Source: Dehalococcoidia bacterium
Lineage (GTDB): Bacteria; Chloroflexota; Dehalococcoidia; Plut-88900
Length of the DNA stretch: 64,000 nt
Assembly: GCA_965197645.1 (NCBI GenBank)
Contig: OZ240219.1
Coordinates: 128,001-192,000 of the forward strand
Direction: 5' to 3'
The notes under the pieces were generated by a model. That model searched no databases, had not been told where the DNA came from, and worked only from the letters and a program-made list of their open reading frames with translations. Of the stretch, positions 39,685 to 48,801 are shown in pieces. A program made the position numbers and the translations under genes. Each line of letters starts with the position of its first letter. The first letter of the stretch is position 1.

Positions 39685-40908
39685 TTACGCACTCTCCGAT
39701 ACGGCGGCGTCCGACCCGCGACCGCGCAGGTAGACGGAGCTGGCGAAAAGCAGCAATGGAAAGAAGACCGTTACAAACAGGGCCTGTCTCAGATCGCCGG
39801 TGGCCTCCTGTAGGAACCCCACCAGCAGGGGCCCTATGGCGGATCCCAGAGAGGCGAGGGTGTAGATGAAAGACACCCCCACCGCCACCTCCCTCGGCCG
39901 GATGTTGGGTAGATGGAACACCATCGTCGTCATAACCGGAAAGAATGAGATGGAGGCGCCTATCACGACGAACAGCGCCAGCACGACAGGGACCGAGCTG
40001 GTGAAAACGAGGCCGAGATGGGCAGCCGAAGACGTTACGGCACACACTGCCAAGACCATGAATCTCCGGCGCGCCACCCGGGGCAGCAGGGCCACCAGCA
40101 TCTCGGAAGGCGCAGCGACGAAAAACATCATGCCGAAGGCCACGCCGACCACAACGTCCTCTATCCCCAGATTCACCTCGGCCAGGGTGGGCCAGAACAC
40201 CGAGAAGGCCGACATCGTCGTTATGAACCCGGCGGTGCCCACGCCAAGCACCTGTAGCTCCCGGTACTTCAGAATGACGTTTATCGGCGTACCGGATTGG
40301 CCGGACAGCGACTCTCGATAGTCGGCCGTGACCCGCTCCCTACCCATAACTACCCAGGCAAAGGCTATAGCCAGGCATATCGCCGCCCAGACGTAGAGAG
40401 TGTCCCGCCAGCCGCCCGTCCAGTTCATAATGAAGGGGGTGAGGAGGAGAGCCAGCCCCAGACACGTATCGGCGATGCCGGCCATGACGCCATTGGTGCC
40501 GATAACCTGTTGCTGGGAGGACCATTGCCGGATGAGAAGGGATCGAGGCGCCTGGCTGACGGTCGAGGCGAACCCCAGCCCGACTCGACCCACCAGTAGA
40601 GCGGCGTAGGTTGGTACCTGGGCCTGTAGAAATACGAACCCGGCTACGCCCAGCCCTGCGATGGAGATCACCCTCCACGGTTTGAACCTGGAACACCAGG
40701 AGCTCACCGGGATTCCCAGCACCAGGATGGTTATAAGGGCGGAGGACCCCAGCCAGCCTTGCTGCGAGGGAGATAAGTCGAGATCACGGGAGATATCGGG
40801 CAGCAGCAGGCCCAGGATCAGGTTGACGGCGAAGGTGGCCGAGAGGACCAACGTCAGGGGCGCGATGACCAGCCATCGCTTTCGGGGCACTGTGTAAGGT
40901 TTATTCAT
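39685..40908 (-). CDS. MFS transporter
   Basis: About 12 TM segments; paralog-like to 21386-22639 (IRPREVAV vs IKPREIAV). Confidence 0.85.
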   Translation of the reverse strand: MNKPYTVPRKRWLVIAPLTLVLSATFAVNLILGLLLPDISRDLDLSPSQQGWLGSSALITILVLGIPVSSWCSRFKPWRVISIAGLGVAGFVFLQAQVPTYAALLVGRVGLGFASTVSQAPRSLLIRQWSSQQQVIGTNGVMAGIADTCLGLALLLTPFIMNWTGGWRDTLYVWAAICLAIAFAWVVMGRERVTADYRESLSGQSGTPINVILKYRELQVLGVGTAGFITTMSAFSVFWPTLAEVNLGIEDVVVGVAFGMMFFVAAPSEMLVALLPRVARRRFMVLAVCAVTSSAAHLGLVFTSSVPVVLALFVVIGASISFFPVMTTMVFHLPNIRPREVAVGVSFIYTLASLGSAIGPLLVGFLQEATGDLRQALFVTVFFPLLLFASSVYLRGRGSDAAVSESA

Positions 40909-40971
40909 ACGTGCAGACCACCGGTAGTGAGCCCAGCTTTGGAGATATGGGGCCGGTTAACCGGTTTGGGC

Positions 40972-41069
40972 TCAGATCCGGGTAGGCAGCCCCCGGCTGC
41001 TGTAGGTGTCGGCGGACCGCGGCTGCACCGCCAGCACCTGCGTGAACCTCCAGATGGCTTCGTCCAAGT
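40972..41069 (-). pseudogene. TPR-repeat gene remnant (3' exon of the group II intron)
   Basis: Translates LDEAIWRFTQVLAVQPRSADTYSSRGL, then an apparent 1-nt frameshift before the AY of the TPR consensus. Confidence 0.5.
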
Positions 41070-41215
41070 GTAAGGTAGAGCGCCGGCGAGTTACCCTGTG
41101 TTACCGGAGCACTTTCCCGTCGGCCCCCTTCCGAACCGGACGTGCGGCTTTCACCGCATCCGGCTCTCTAGTGTCTAGGTAGGTAATGTCGAGGGAATGT
41201 CGGCGCTATCCTGCC

Positions 41216-41431
41216 CTAGCGATTACGCCAATAAGCGAGAGCGAACAGAGCCGCGAAGGCAATGACAAAGGTCTAGCCGCCGCGGATGGCCGCGTCTACT
41301 GCGGTATCTACCGCGAGTTCGCCGTTGAGCGAATCGTGTAGCACTTCGGCCAGCGCTGTCCCCACGGTGAGCCCGAGGGCCCATAGTAGAGCGTTCTTGT
41401 TTGTGAAGTTTGTGAAGTTCAACTGCGCCAT
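41216..41431 (-). pseudogene. small two-TM membrane protein ORF inside the intron, with an internal TAG
   Basis: MAQLNFTNFTNKNALLWALGLTVGTALAEVLHDSLNGELAVDTAVDAAIRGG*TFVIAFAALFALAYWRNR*; AAAGGGAGG directly before the ATG. Confidence 0.45.
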
Positions 41432-41522
41432 CCTCCCTTTGTGTGCTGACTGGTAGGATACCAAGTGTTGTCTAGCGGGGAGAACTTTGCGGTGGCCTCG
41501 GTCGTCCGAGACTTGACTCTAC

Positions 41523-41792
41523 CTACTGTTGCTTGCGCGGATTCCAACTACCGTTGTGGGCGTTTAGGTGACACGTCCGGCAGACCACGAGGGTCTTGCG
41601 TTTCCGCGCCGCCATGATCTGTACCCACTTGGGCTTGTCCCGTTGGCCTTTCACGTTCAGGTCGCGAAGGGCGCGGATGTGATGGACTTCTACATCCACC
41701 GTTGAGCCGCACATCTCGCATTCGTCCGCTAGGAGCCGTTTGATAAACTCGTTGCGTTCGCTCCTGTACCGCTGGGGCTTCTGGTCGGCGAG
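41523..41792 (-). pseudogene. group II intron-encoded protein C-terminal fragment (DNA-binding/HNH endonuclease region)
   Basis: RNEFIKRLLADECEMCGS...EVHHIRALRDL...MAARKRKTLVVCRTCHLNAH, LtrA-like C-terminus; RT domain absent. Confidence 0.85.
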
Positions 41793-41796
41793 ACCT

Positions 41797-42597
41797 GCCT
41801 ACAGGTTGGCGGTGGACGAGGTCGAGCCGAATCGGATCACTCGCGTCATTGTTCTCTCGGACGGCGTTGGCAACGTGGGCAACACCGGCTCCGACTCGAT
41901 ACTGCGCCAAATCCGGGAATACGTCGATCAAGGCGTTACCCTCACCACCGTCGGCTTCGGCATGGGGAATTACAACGACATCCTGATGGAACAGCTGGCT
42001 AACGACGGGGACGGCGCCTACTACTACGTCGACACCGTCTCAGAGGCCCGGCGTATATTTGTCGACGACCTCACCGGGACCCTCCAGGTCATCGCCAAGG
42101 ACGCCAAGGTACAGGTCGAGTTCAACCCGGAGACCGTCAGCCGGTACCGACTGCTAGGCTACGAGAACCGGGACGTGGCCGATGAAGATTTCCGCAATGA
42201 CGCAGTCGACGCGGGCGAGATCGGCGCAGGACACAACGTGACCGCCCTCTACGAGCTGAAGCTCCGCGAAGCTGCGGAAGGCAGCCTGGGTACTGTCTAC
42301 ATGCGGTACGAGGACGTCGGGCTCAACGAAGTGGTCGAGATCAACCAGGAGTTCCAGCGCACCGCTCTGGCCACCTCATTCGAAGAAGCCTCTCCACGGT
42401 TCCAGCTCTCAGCTGTAGTGGCAGAGTTTGCCGAGGTCCTCAGAGGAAGTTACTGGGCCCAGGAGGGTAGCCTGCAGGCCGTGGCAGACGAGGCCCGTCG
42501 TGTCCAACGGCTCCTTCACGAATCTACGGAAGTCGCTGATTTTGCCAGCCTGGCGGCTAAGGCAGCTACACTGGACGGATCTGCTGATGACCGTTAA
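41797..42597 (+). pseudogene. 5'-truncated vWA-domain protein (YfbK/DUF3520-like)
   Basis: RVIVLSDGVGNVG, IAKDAKVQVEFNP, YRLLGYENR, DAGEIGAGHNVTALYE; N-terminal MIDAS DxSxS region missing and no credible start. Confidence 0.75.
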
Positions 42598-42683
42598 CGG
42601 CTAAGGTGGCCGGTAGTAGCGGCGTAGGAGATGACGATTGGTCACCGATTTTGGGACTCTGTCTAAGGTTTACTCATACGGGC
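42593..42683 (-). repeat. degenerate duplicate of the 5' end of the MFS gene (40822-40914)
   Basis: 18/20 identity at one end and 22/25 at the other; ATGAGTAAACCTTAG vs ATGAATAAACCTTAC. Confidence 0.75.
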
Positions 42684-42708
42684 GGCCCGGGTTTCCGGGC
42701 CGCCCGTA
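42677..42708. terminator. GC-rich hairpin downstream of comM and the vWA remnant
   Basis: TACGGGCGGCCCGG-GTTT-CCGGGCCGCCCGTA perfect 14-bp stem. Confidence 0.6.
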
Positions 42709-42763
42709 GCTGCGTGATCGGAGTTGGTGAACCGATGGAGCGGAGGGGTTTCGCCCGGCACTT

Positions 42764-44290
42764 CTAGGCCAGTCCACGGGGACGGTATTGCAGCGCCTCG
42801 GCGACGTGGGGTACCTCGATAGCGTCGGCGCCCGAGAGGTCGGCTATGGTGCGGGACAGCTTGAGAATCCGATGAAATGCCCTGGCGGAAAGCTGCAGCT
42901 GCCGGGTGGCCGTCTGAAGGAGGCCCTGGACACTATCGTCCATGCGGCATATCTCCCTCACCTCCATGGGACTCATGTCGGCGTTGGAGGCCGAATCCGA
43001 GTCGCGGAAGCGGGCCAGCTGGAGCTGTCGAGCCGCTTCGACGCGGTCCCTGGCCTTCTCCGACGACTCGGTCGTCTCGCTAGCCATCAGCTTCTCATAG
43101 TCGACCCTGGGCACCTCGACGAACATATCGATCCTATCGAGAAGGGGGCCGCTGATCCGCTTCTGATATCGCCCGACGAGGCTCGGGGCGCAGGAGCACT
43201 CCTTGTACGGGTCTCCGTAGAAACCGCAGGGGCACGGATTCATAGCGGCCACCAGCATGAAGTTGGCGGGAAAGGTGACCGTGCCCTGGGCGCGGCTGAT
43301 GGTAACCACCTTGTCTTCCAGCGGCTGGCGAAGCACCTCCAGGGTGTTGCGGCCGAACTCGGGCAGCTCGTCGAGGAAGAGGACTCCCCGATGACTCAAT
43401 GTGATCTCGCCCGGACGGGGCTGCCGTCCGCCGCCCACAAGGCCGGCGTGGGAGATGGTGTAATGGGGAGACCGGAAAGGCCTCTGGCTCATCAGCGGTT
43501 TGTTCGACGGAAGAAGGCCGCTGATGCTGTAGATCTTGGTAACAGTGAGGGCCTCCTCCGGAGTCATACCCGGCAGGATACCGGGGAGAGACCGGGCCAG
43601 TAGGGTCTTGCCGCTGCCGGGAGGTCCGGTCATTAGGATGTTATGGCCACCCGCAGCCGCTACCTCCATGGCCCGCTTCACGTGCTCCTGTCCTTTGATG
43701 TAGGCCATATCGAATTCCGGAGGCGCCGATTTGGAGTCGGCGCTCAACAGGTTGCCATCGAGTGCGAAAGGCTGGAGCTCTGTGTCCCCCCGCAGGTGGG
43801 CCACGACCTGGCCGAGGGACTCGACGGGATAGATGTCTATTCCCTTGATCAGGGCCGCCTCAGCCTTGTCGACATCGGGCACGAAGACCGCCGAGATGCC
43901 CTGGTCCCTGGCCATGGCCACCATGGGCAGGATGCCCTGGGTGTGTCGCACAGAGCCTTCCAGGGAAAGCTCACCCAGGAACACCAGGTCGGACACGTCA
44001 ACCCGGAGCTGTTGGGAGCTGGAGAGTATGCCGACGGCTATGGGCAGATCGTAGGCGGGTCCCTCTTTGCGAAGGTCCGCGGGCGCCAGGTTGACGGTGA
44101 TCCGCTTCATGGGAAAGTCACAGCCGGAGTTTCTGATGGCCGCTCGGACCCGCTCTCGAGATTCCTGCACCATAGTATCGGGCAGGCCTACGACGGAGAA
44201 GGAGGGGAGGCCGGGGGATATGTCGGCTTCCACCTCCACGATGGCTCCCTCCAGGCCGACTATGGCGCAGCTTCTAGCCTTGGCAAGCAT
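42764..44290 (-). CDS. comM: YifB/ComM Mg-chelatase-like AAA+ ATPase
   Basis: VVGLPD, ITVNLAPADLRKEG, GPPGSGKT, GVLFLDELPEF, MNPCPCG, ISGPLLDRID. Confidence 0.93.
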   Translation of the reverse strand: MLAKARSCAIVGLEGAIVEVEADISPGLPSFSVVGLPDTMVQESRERVRAAIRNSGCDFPMKRITVNLAPADLRKEGPAYDLPIAVGILSSSQQLRVDVSDLVFLGELSLEGSVRHTQGILPMVAMARDQGISAVFVPDVDKAEAALIKGIDIYPVESLGQVVAHLRGDTELQPFALDGNLLSADSKSAPPEFDMAYIKGQEHVKRAMEVAAAGGHNILMTGPPGSGKTLLARSLPGILPGMTPEEALTVTKIYSISGLLPSNKPLMSQRPFRSPHYTISHAGLVGGGRQPRPGEITLSHRGVLFLDELPEFGRNTLEVLRQPLEDKVVTISRAQGTVTFPANFMLVAAMNPCPCGFYGDPYKECSCAPSLVGRYQKRISGPLLDRIDMFVEVPRVDYEKLMASETTESSEKARDRVEAARQLQLARFRDSDSASNADMSPMEVREICRMDDSVQGLLQTATRQLQLSARAFHRILKLSRTIADLSGADAIEVPHVAEALQYRPRGLA

Positions 44291-44311
44291 TCCTCTATCT
44301 CGATGGGGCCG

Positions 44312-45244
44312 TCAACCGGCCAGCCGGTCCACGAGCTTCCTGAAGCTCCTTATCGTTTCGATATGGCCCTCCACCGAGTCCAGTCCGATACCCATGGTGG
44401 TTAGATAGTATTGAGTGGCGCCCACGGCCCGCCAGGCTTCTATCTCGTCCTCGACGTCGGCGTCGTAGGGGGAAGATAGGACCGCAATCTCGATGTCGGC
44501 AGGGTCTCTACCGGCGTTCCGAGCCGCTTCGTGAATTGTTTCGATTTTCAGTTTCGCCTCGTTATCGGGAGGCATGATGGCAGGCAGATCGGGACCGTCC
44601 GGGTCTACCGCCCAACGGGACCCTACGCTTCCTGAAGCGGCCGTGGGAATCCAGCCATCTCCAATGCGACCGGTCCGTTCCAGCACCGGTTCGGAGTGTC
44701 CCCCGAACCAGATGGGTATGGGGCGTTGAACGGGGAGAGGATTTAGTCCAGCAGACCTCACCTTGTTCCACTGTCCCTGATAATCTACCATCTTCTGGGT
44801 CCACAGCTTGCGCATCAAGCTGATCTGCTCCTCGGACCGGCGCCCCCGGTTGCGGAAGATTTCGCCCAGGGCGTCGAACTCAACGGGATTCCATCCTGCG
44901 CCTATACCCAGAACCAGCCGGCCGCGGCTGAGCAGATCGACTTCGGCGGCCTGCTTGGCAACCAGCACGGTCTGGCGCTGAGGCAGGATCACGATGCCCG
45001 TCACCAGCTTGATCTGCGTGGTAATAGCGGCCATGTAGCCCATGAGCACCATGATCTCGTGGAAGGCGTCGTCGATATCGTAGGTGAAGTCCACCTCGGG
45101 ATACCGATCTCGAACGGCTCCTATGACGTGATCGAAGATCATCACGCCGTGAAAGCCCAGCTTCTCCGCCTCGAGGACGAAATCTCGAACGGGGCCGGGG
45201 TCGGCGCCGATCTCAGTCTGCGGAAAGACAACTCCGAACTTCAT
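44312..45244 (-). CDS. LLM-class, probably F420-dependent, oxidoreductase
   Basis: KFGVVFPQTEIGADP, DHVIG, ILPQRQTVLVAKQAAEVDLLSRGRL. Confidence 0.88.
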   Translation of the reverse strand: MKFGVVFPQTEIGADPGPVRDFVLEAEKLGFHGVMIFDHVIGAVRDRYPEVDFTYDIDDAFHEIMVLMGYMAAITTQIKLVTGIVILPQRQTVLVAKQAAEVDLLSRGRLVLGIGAGWNPVEFDALGEIFRNRGRRSEEQISLMRKLWTQKMVDYQGQWNKVRSAGLNPLPVQRPIPIWFGGHSEPVLERTGRIGDGWIPTAASGSVGSRWAVDPDGPDLPAIMPPDNEAKLKIETIHEAARNAGRDPADIEIAVLSSPYDADVEDEIEAWRAVGATQYYLTTMGIGLDSVEGHIETIRSFRKLVDRLAG

Positions 45245-45279
45245 CGTCAACCTCCCGGTTCCCTACTGTACATTTCCGC

Positions 45280-46191
45280 CTATTCAGATTCGAAGTCGGG
45301 GACGCGTACCTGGACGCCGGCCTTCTCTTCCTGGAGTATCTCGGCGGCGCTGGAGTCCCGTTCGCCCCAGCCTCGGGACATGGCTTCCAGCAGTATCTGC
45401 TCCGCCAGGCTGTTCAAGGGCATCGTCACTTCGGTCTCTCGTGCCAGCTGCACGGCGAGAGACTGGTCCTTCGAAGAGAGCTTCAATGCGAAACTCGCCG
45501 GATCGAACTTACCCGCGAAGAGGTTCTCCCCGAACCCCTCGACCGGGGTGTGCCGGCCGAACATTCCCCACCTGACCGCTCTCCACATCTTCATGGGATC
45601 TACGCCGGCCTTCACACCCAACGTGAACCCCTCGACTACGGCCAACCTAGTGGTGGCGCCGACGGCATTATGCACCAGCTTGCACACCGAACCCGTGCCG
45701 ATGGGCCCAGTGTGGATGATCTTGTCTCCCAGGTGCTCCAACAGGGGTCTGGCGCGCTCGAAAACGTCATCGTCGCCACCGACCATGAGGACCATGACCC
45801 TGCTGGCGGCGCCCACCTGGCCGCCGCTCACTGGAGAATCGAGAACACCGACCCCCTTCTCCTTGAAGGCGTCGTAGACCTTGCGGGCCGTGTTGGGAGA
45901 GATGCTGGAGAGATCAACGTAGGTAGACCCGGGGCTGGTTCCGTGAATGATGCCATGTTCCCCCAGCGCCACCTCTTCCACCTCCGGCGGGCCGGGCAGC
46001 GATGTGAACACGGTCTCGCTGGCCTGGGCTACCTCCCTCGGCGAGTCGGCCCACACCGCGCCGTGCTCTTCGATTAACGAGGTCGCCGCCTCTCGACGCT
46101 GATCGAACACGGTGACCGTGTACCCGTCGGTCAGCAGGTTGCGGGCCATCGGCTCGCCCATGTTACCGAGACCAATGTATCCAACGTTCAT
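45280..46191 (-). CDS. 3-hydroxyisobutyrate dehydrogenase / tartronate semialdehyde reductase family
   Basis: GYIGLGNMG, LDSPVSGG, MVGG, GSVCKLVHN. Confidence 0.9.
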   Translation of the reverse strand: MNVGYIGLGNMGEPMARNLLTDGYTVTVFDQRREAATSLIEEHGAVWADSPREVAQASETVFTSLPGPPEVEEVALGEHGIIHGTSPGSTYVDLSSISPNTARKVYDAFKEKGVGVLDSPVSGGQVGAASRVMVLMVGGDDDVFERARPLLEHLGDKIIHTGPIGTGSVCKLVHNAVGATTRLAVVEGFTLGVKAGVDPMKMWRAVRWGMFGRHTPVEGFGENLFAGKFDPASFALKLSSKDQSLAVQLARETEVTMPLNSLAEQILLEAMSRGWGERDSSAAEILQEEKAGVQVRVPDFESE

Positions 46192-46327
46192 AGACCGCTC
46201 CTTCATCTGACGTGTCGTTCGTCTCCATGAAGTCCCTCGGGGCGCGGTCATTATATCAGCTTGACGCTAGGACACCCGCCGGCAGGTAAGTGGGACTCGG
46301 CTAGCGAGTTAGTAATTGTGGCATCTC

Positions 46328-47062
46328 TCACGGAGTGATCGACCTACTCGTAAGGTCGGCTTCAAACTCCTGGAGAATTGCGCCAATACAATCAAGAATT
46401 CTGTTGGTTTCTCCAACGAAGATGTCATGCTTGCCAAGCATCATATTGTCTCCCTGAACAGGATAGTAGAACTCATTGAGCAATCTCCTAGGAGTCATGC
46501 CAATTACGACCTGACCTTCCCAAAGTTGGTCCTCCGTTATGCCTCTGGCCCACGATCTGCGGGGGTGTACGTACTCATTCCTCTGTTTATCGATCCGTTT
46601 CGTAATTTTCTGGTACACATTTGTGCTGTGAAGCTTGCCGACCTCCATACGCCTTTCAGTTTCCGCTATGTACACATTCGAAGTCTGCCTGATCACACTA
46701 TCTGTACGCTCTGCCAATGTAACTGCATGAATGGACCAGGAGCGAACGTGGTAATCATCTCGCATCCCAGCTTCGCAGCTCGCCAGTCCAACATTTTCCT
46801 CCGCGGTCAAAGCTGTGGCTGCCACCTGTACCATCCCCACTTGCATAGTTAGCTCTACACACGCCTCCAGTAAGTGGTGCCACTTCGAGGACAATGGTTG
46901 CTTTGGCTTACGTCCAGTGCTGTATTGTTGAGGCATGATCAACCCTAATCCTTGCAATCGATACTCAGATTCGAGTCTACTAACGAACTCTGGATCCAGC
47001 TTCCTCAAGGCTTCTTTAGCGTCCTCCCAACGGTGATGAACGAAATCAGCAATCGAGGTCAC
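46328..47062 (-). CDS. hypothetical protein with HEPN-like RxxxxH motif
   Basis: Helical, AT-richer ORF containing RNEYVH; probable GTG start at 47062 after AGGACAGG (start uncertain). Confidence 0.5.
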   Translation of the reverse strand: MTSIADFVHHRWEDAKEALRKLDPEFVSRLESEYRLQGLGLIMPQQYSTGRKPKQPLSSKWHHLLEACVELTMQVGMVQVAATALTAEENVGLASCEAGMRDDYHVRSWSIHAVTLAERTDSVIRQTSNVYIAETERRMEVGKLHSTNVYQKITKRIDKQRNEYVHPRRSWARGITEDQLWEGQVVIGMTPRRLLNEFYYPVQGDNMMLGKHDIFVGETNRILDCIGAILQEFEADLTSRSITP

Positions 47063-47238
47063 AGTTTCACCTGTCCTTGTACGTTGTAGCTTACGGTTTT
47101 CAAACTGACTTTGTCGCGAAAAATGAAGTCTGGCCGGCAGCACCAATGAGAAGGGGGGCCACTCCCAGATTCCTAGCTTCCCGAGATCGGTTCGGGATGA
47201 CAGAGGGCTATTAACCCCTTCATCCGCGCGTAGCGCAG

Positions 47239-47595
47239 CTACAGGTAGGTGGTGACCTTGTCGGAGAAAGGGTCGGTTACCGGGAAGAAGACCAGGATCT
47301 TGGCCGGGCTGTCCCCGACGACGGTGAACCCGTGGTGGGCCCCGGCGGGAACGGCGATGGTGTGGTCACTGCCGATCACCTGTGTTGCGTCGCCCAGGGT
47401 GGCCTCTACCGAGCCTTCGACAACGACCAGGAACTCATCGGCCTCGTGATAGTGAGGCGGAGCGCCCGAACCGGGCTCGACTACGTGCAGGTCCAGGGTG
47501 CAGGTGAACCCGGACTCTTCGCCGCCCAGGAGGAACCTCCTGTACTCGGGTCTCCAGGTCTCTTCGGGTGCGTTGCTGTGGTCTACGATGGACAC
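47239..47595 (-). CDS. cupin domain protein
   Basis: PGSGAPPHYHEADE, VPAGAHHGF. Confidence 0.88.
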   Translation of the reverse strand: MSIVDHSNAPEETWRPEYRRFLLGGEESGFTCTLDLHVVEPGSGAPPHYHEADEFLVVVEGSVEATLGDATQVIGSDHTIAVPAGAHHGFTVVGDSPAKILVFFPVTDPFSDKVTTYL

Positions 47596-47625
47596 GTATC
47601 TGTTACCCCCTTGCCAGCCTGATGC

Positions 47626-48786
47626 CTACTCTGAACCGTTACCGACGGCGAGATGAAAGAGGTCTATGGCCGTCTCCCCTGCCACCTTGCCCTGGTCCTC
47701 CTCGGGCAGGCCGGAAAGGGTCTTCCTCAGATGCTTTACCGGGTCGGTAGGGGAGTCGGAGTGGGGATAGTCGTAGGCCCACATCAGTTTGTCTGCACCC
47801 AGCAGGTCTATGGCTATGGGGCCGAACTCGTCGTCGGGGTCCATGTCCACCCAGCACTGGCGCTTGAAGTACTCGCTGGGCTTCATCTTCATCGGAGTGG
47901 TGAAGCCCAGCACCTCGAACTTCTCGTCCATTCGCCCCAGCATGTAGGGAACCCACAAGCAGCCCGACTCGAGCACGACTAGCTTGAGGTCGGGAAACCG
48001 GTCGAAAACGCCGCCCTGAAAGAAGCCGAGGAAGCCCAACTGGACATCCAGAGCGCTGTTGGTGAACCCCCACCAGTGGACAGTCTTCAGATCGGGATAA
48101 AGTATGCTGCTCGGACTCGTCCCTCCCGATCCCGGATGGAGACTGATGGGCAGGTCCTGGTCTTGGTATGCCTGCCATATCGGGTCCCAGGACTGTTCTC
48201 CGTAGGAGATATCGTGGGGGGCGGAGGCGGGAGTCATTATCGACCTGGGACCGATGTCCTCGGTGCGCTTCAACTCCGCCACGCTTTCCGGAACGCTGGA
48301 CCAGGGTAAGGTGAGGGCGGGATACAGCCGGTCGGGGTAGGCGCTGCAAAAGTCGATGATCCAATCGTTGTAGACGCGGCAGTAGGCGGTGGCCAGTCCG
48401 GGATCCCGGGTAACTCCCATCCAGGAGAGGCCCAAAGAGGGGAACAGGATGGAAGCGTCGATCTCCTCCTCGTCCATCAGGGCTACCCGTTTTTGGGGAT
48501 CGCCGCCGGCGGGACTCATGGACCGGCCATCCTCCCAGCTTATAGAGTGCTTTTCGAAGAGGTTCTCCCGACGCCACTCGGCGCTTTTGCCGATGGTCGC
48601 CAGGTTGGCTGAGGTGTGGTCCCGAAGCTTGGCGTTGATCTGACCATCGACGGTCCAGCACTCGAGGCCCTGATCATCCTGGATGAAGCGCATAGCCCGG
48701 TCCCGGTACCTGGGGGCGATGTTGTCCACCCACAGGTTGGGAGGCTCAAGGATGTGACCGTCTATATCGATGTATTTCATACCCAT
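47626..48786 (-). CDS. amidohydrolase_2 family protein
   Basis: IDIDGHILEP, LESGCLW, MWAYDYPHSD. Confidence 0.88.
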   Translation of the reverse strand: MGMKYIDIDGHILEPPNLWVDNIAPRYRDRAMRFIQDDQGLECWTVDGQINAKLRDHTSANLATIGKSAEWRRENLFEKHSISWEDGRSMSPAGGDPQKRVALMDEEEIDASILFPSLGLSWMGVTRDPGLATAYCRVYNDWIIDFCSAYPDRLYPALTLPWSSVPESVAELKRTEDIGPRSIMTPASAPHDISYGEQSWDPIWQAYQDQDLPISLHPGSGGTSPSSILYPDLKTVHWWGFTNSALDVQLGFLGFFQGGVFDRFPDLKLVVLESGCLWVPYMLGRMDEKFEVLGFTTPMKMKPSEYFKRQCWVDMDPDDEFGPIAIDLLGADKLMWAYDYPHSDSPTDPVKHLRKTLSGLPEEDQGKVAGETAIDLFHLAVGNGSE

Positions 48787-48801
48787 CTATCCCTTCTTGG
48801 T

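Larger units (their letters stand above)
41070..41795 (-). mobile_element. 5'-truncated group II intron (domains IV-VI and IEP C-terminus)
   Basis: Domain V GAGCCGGATGCGGTGAAAGCCGCACGTCCGGTTC (41166-41133, AGC triad, GAAA loop); domain VI ending CTACCTTAC at 41070. Confidence 0.9.

Noticed and set aside
41070-41795. Retron or diversity-generating retroelement
   Set aside because: No RT domain or template/variable repeat pair; domains V-VI identify it as a group II intron remnant.
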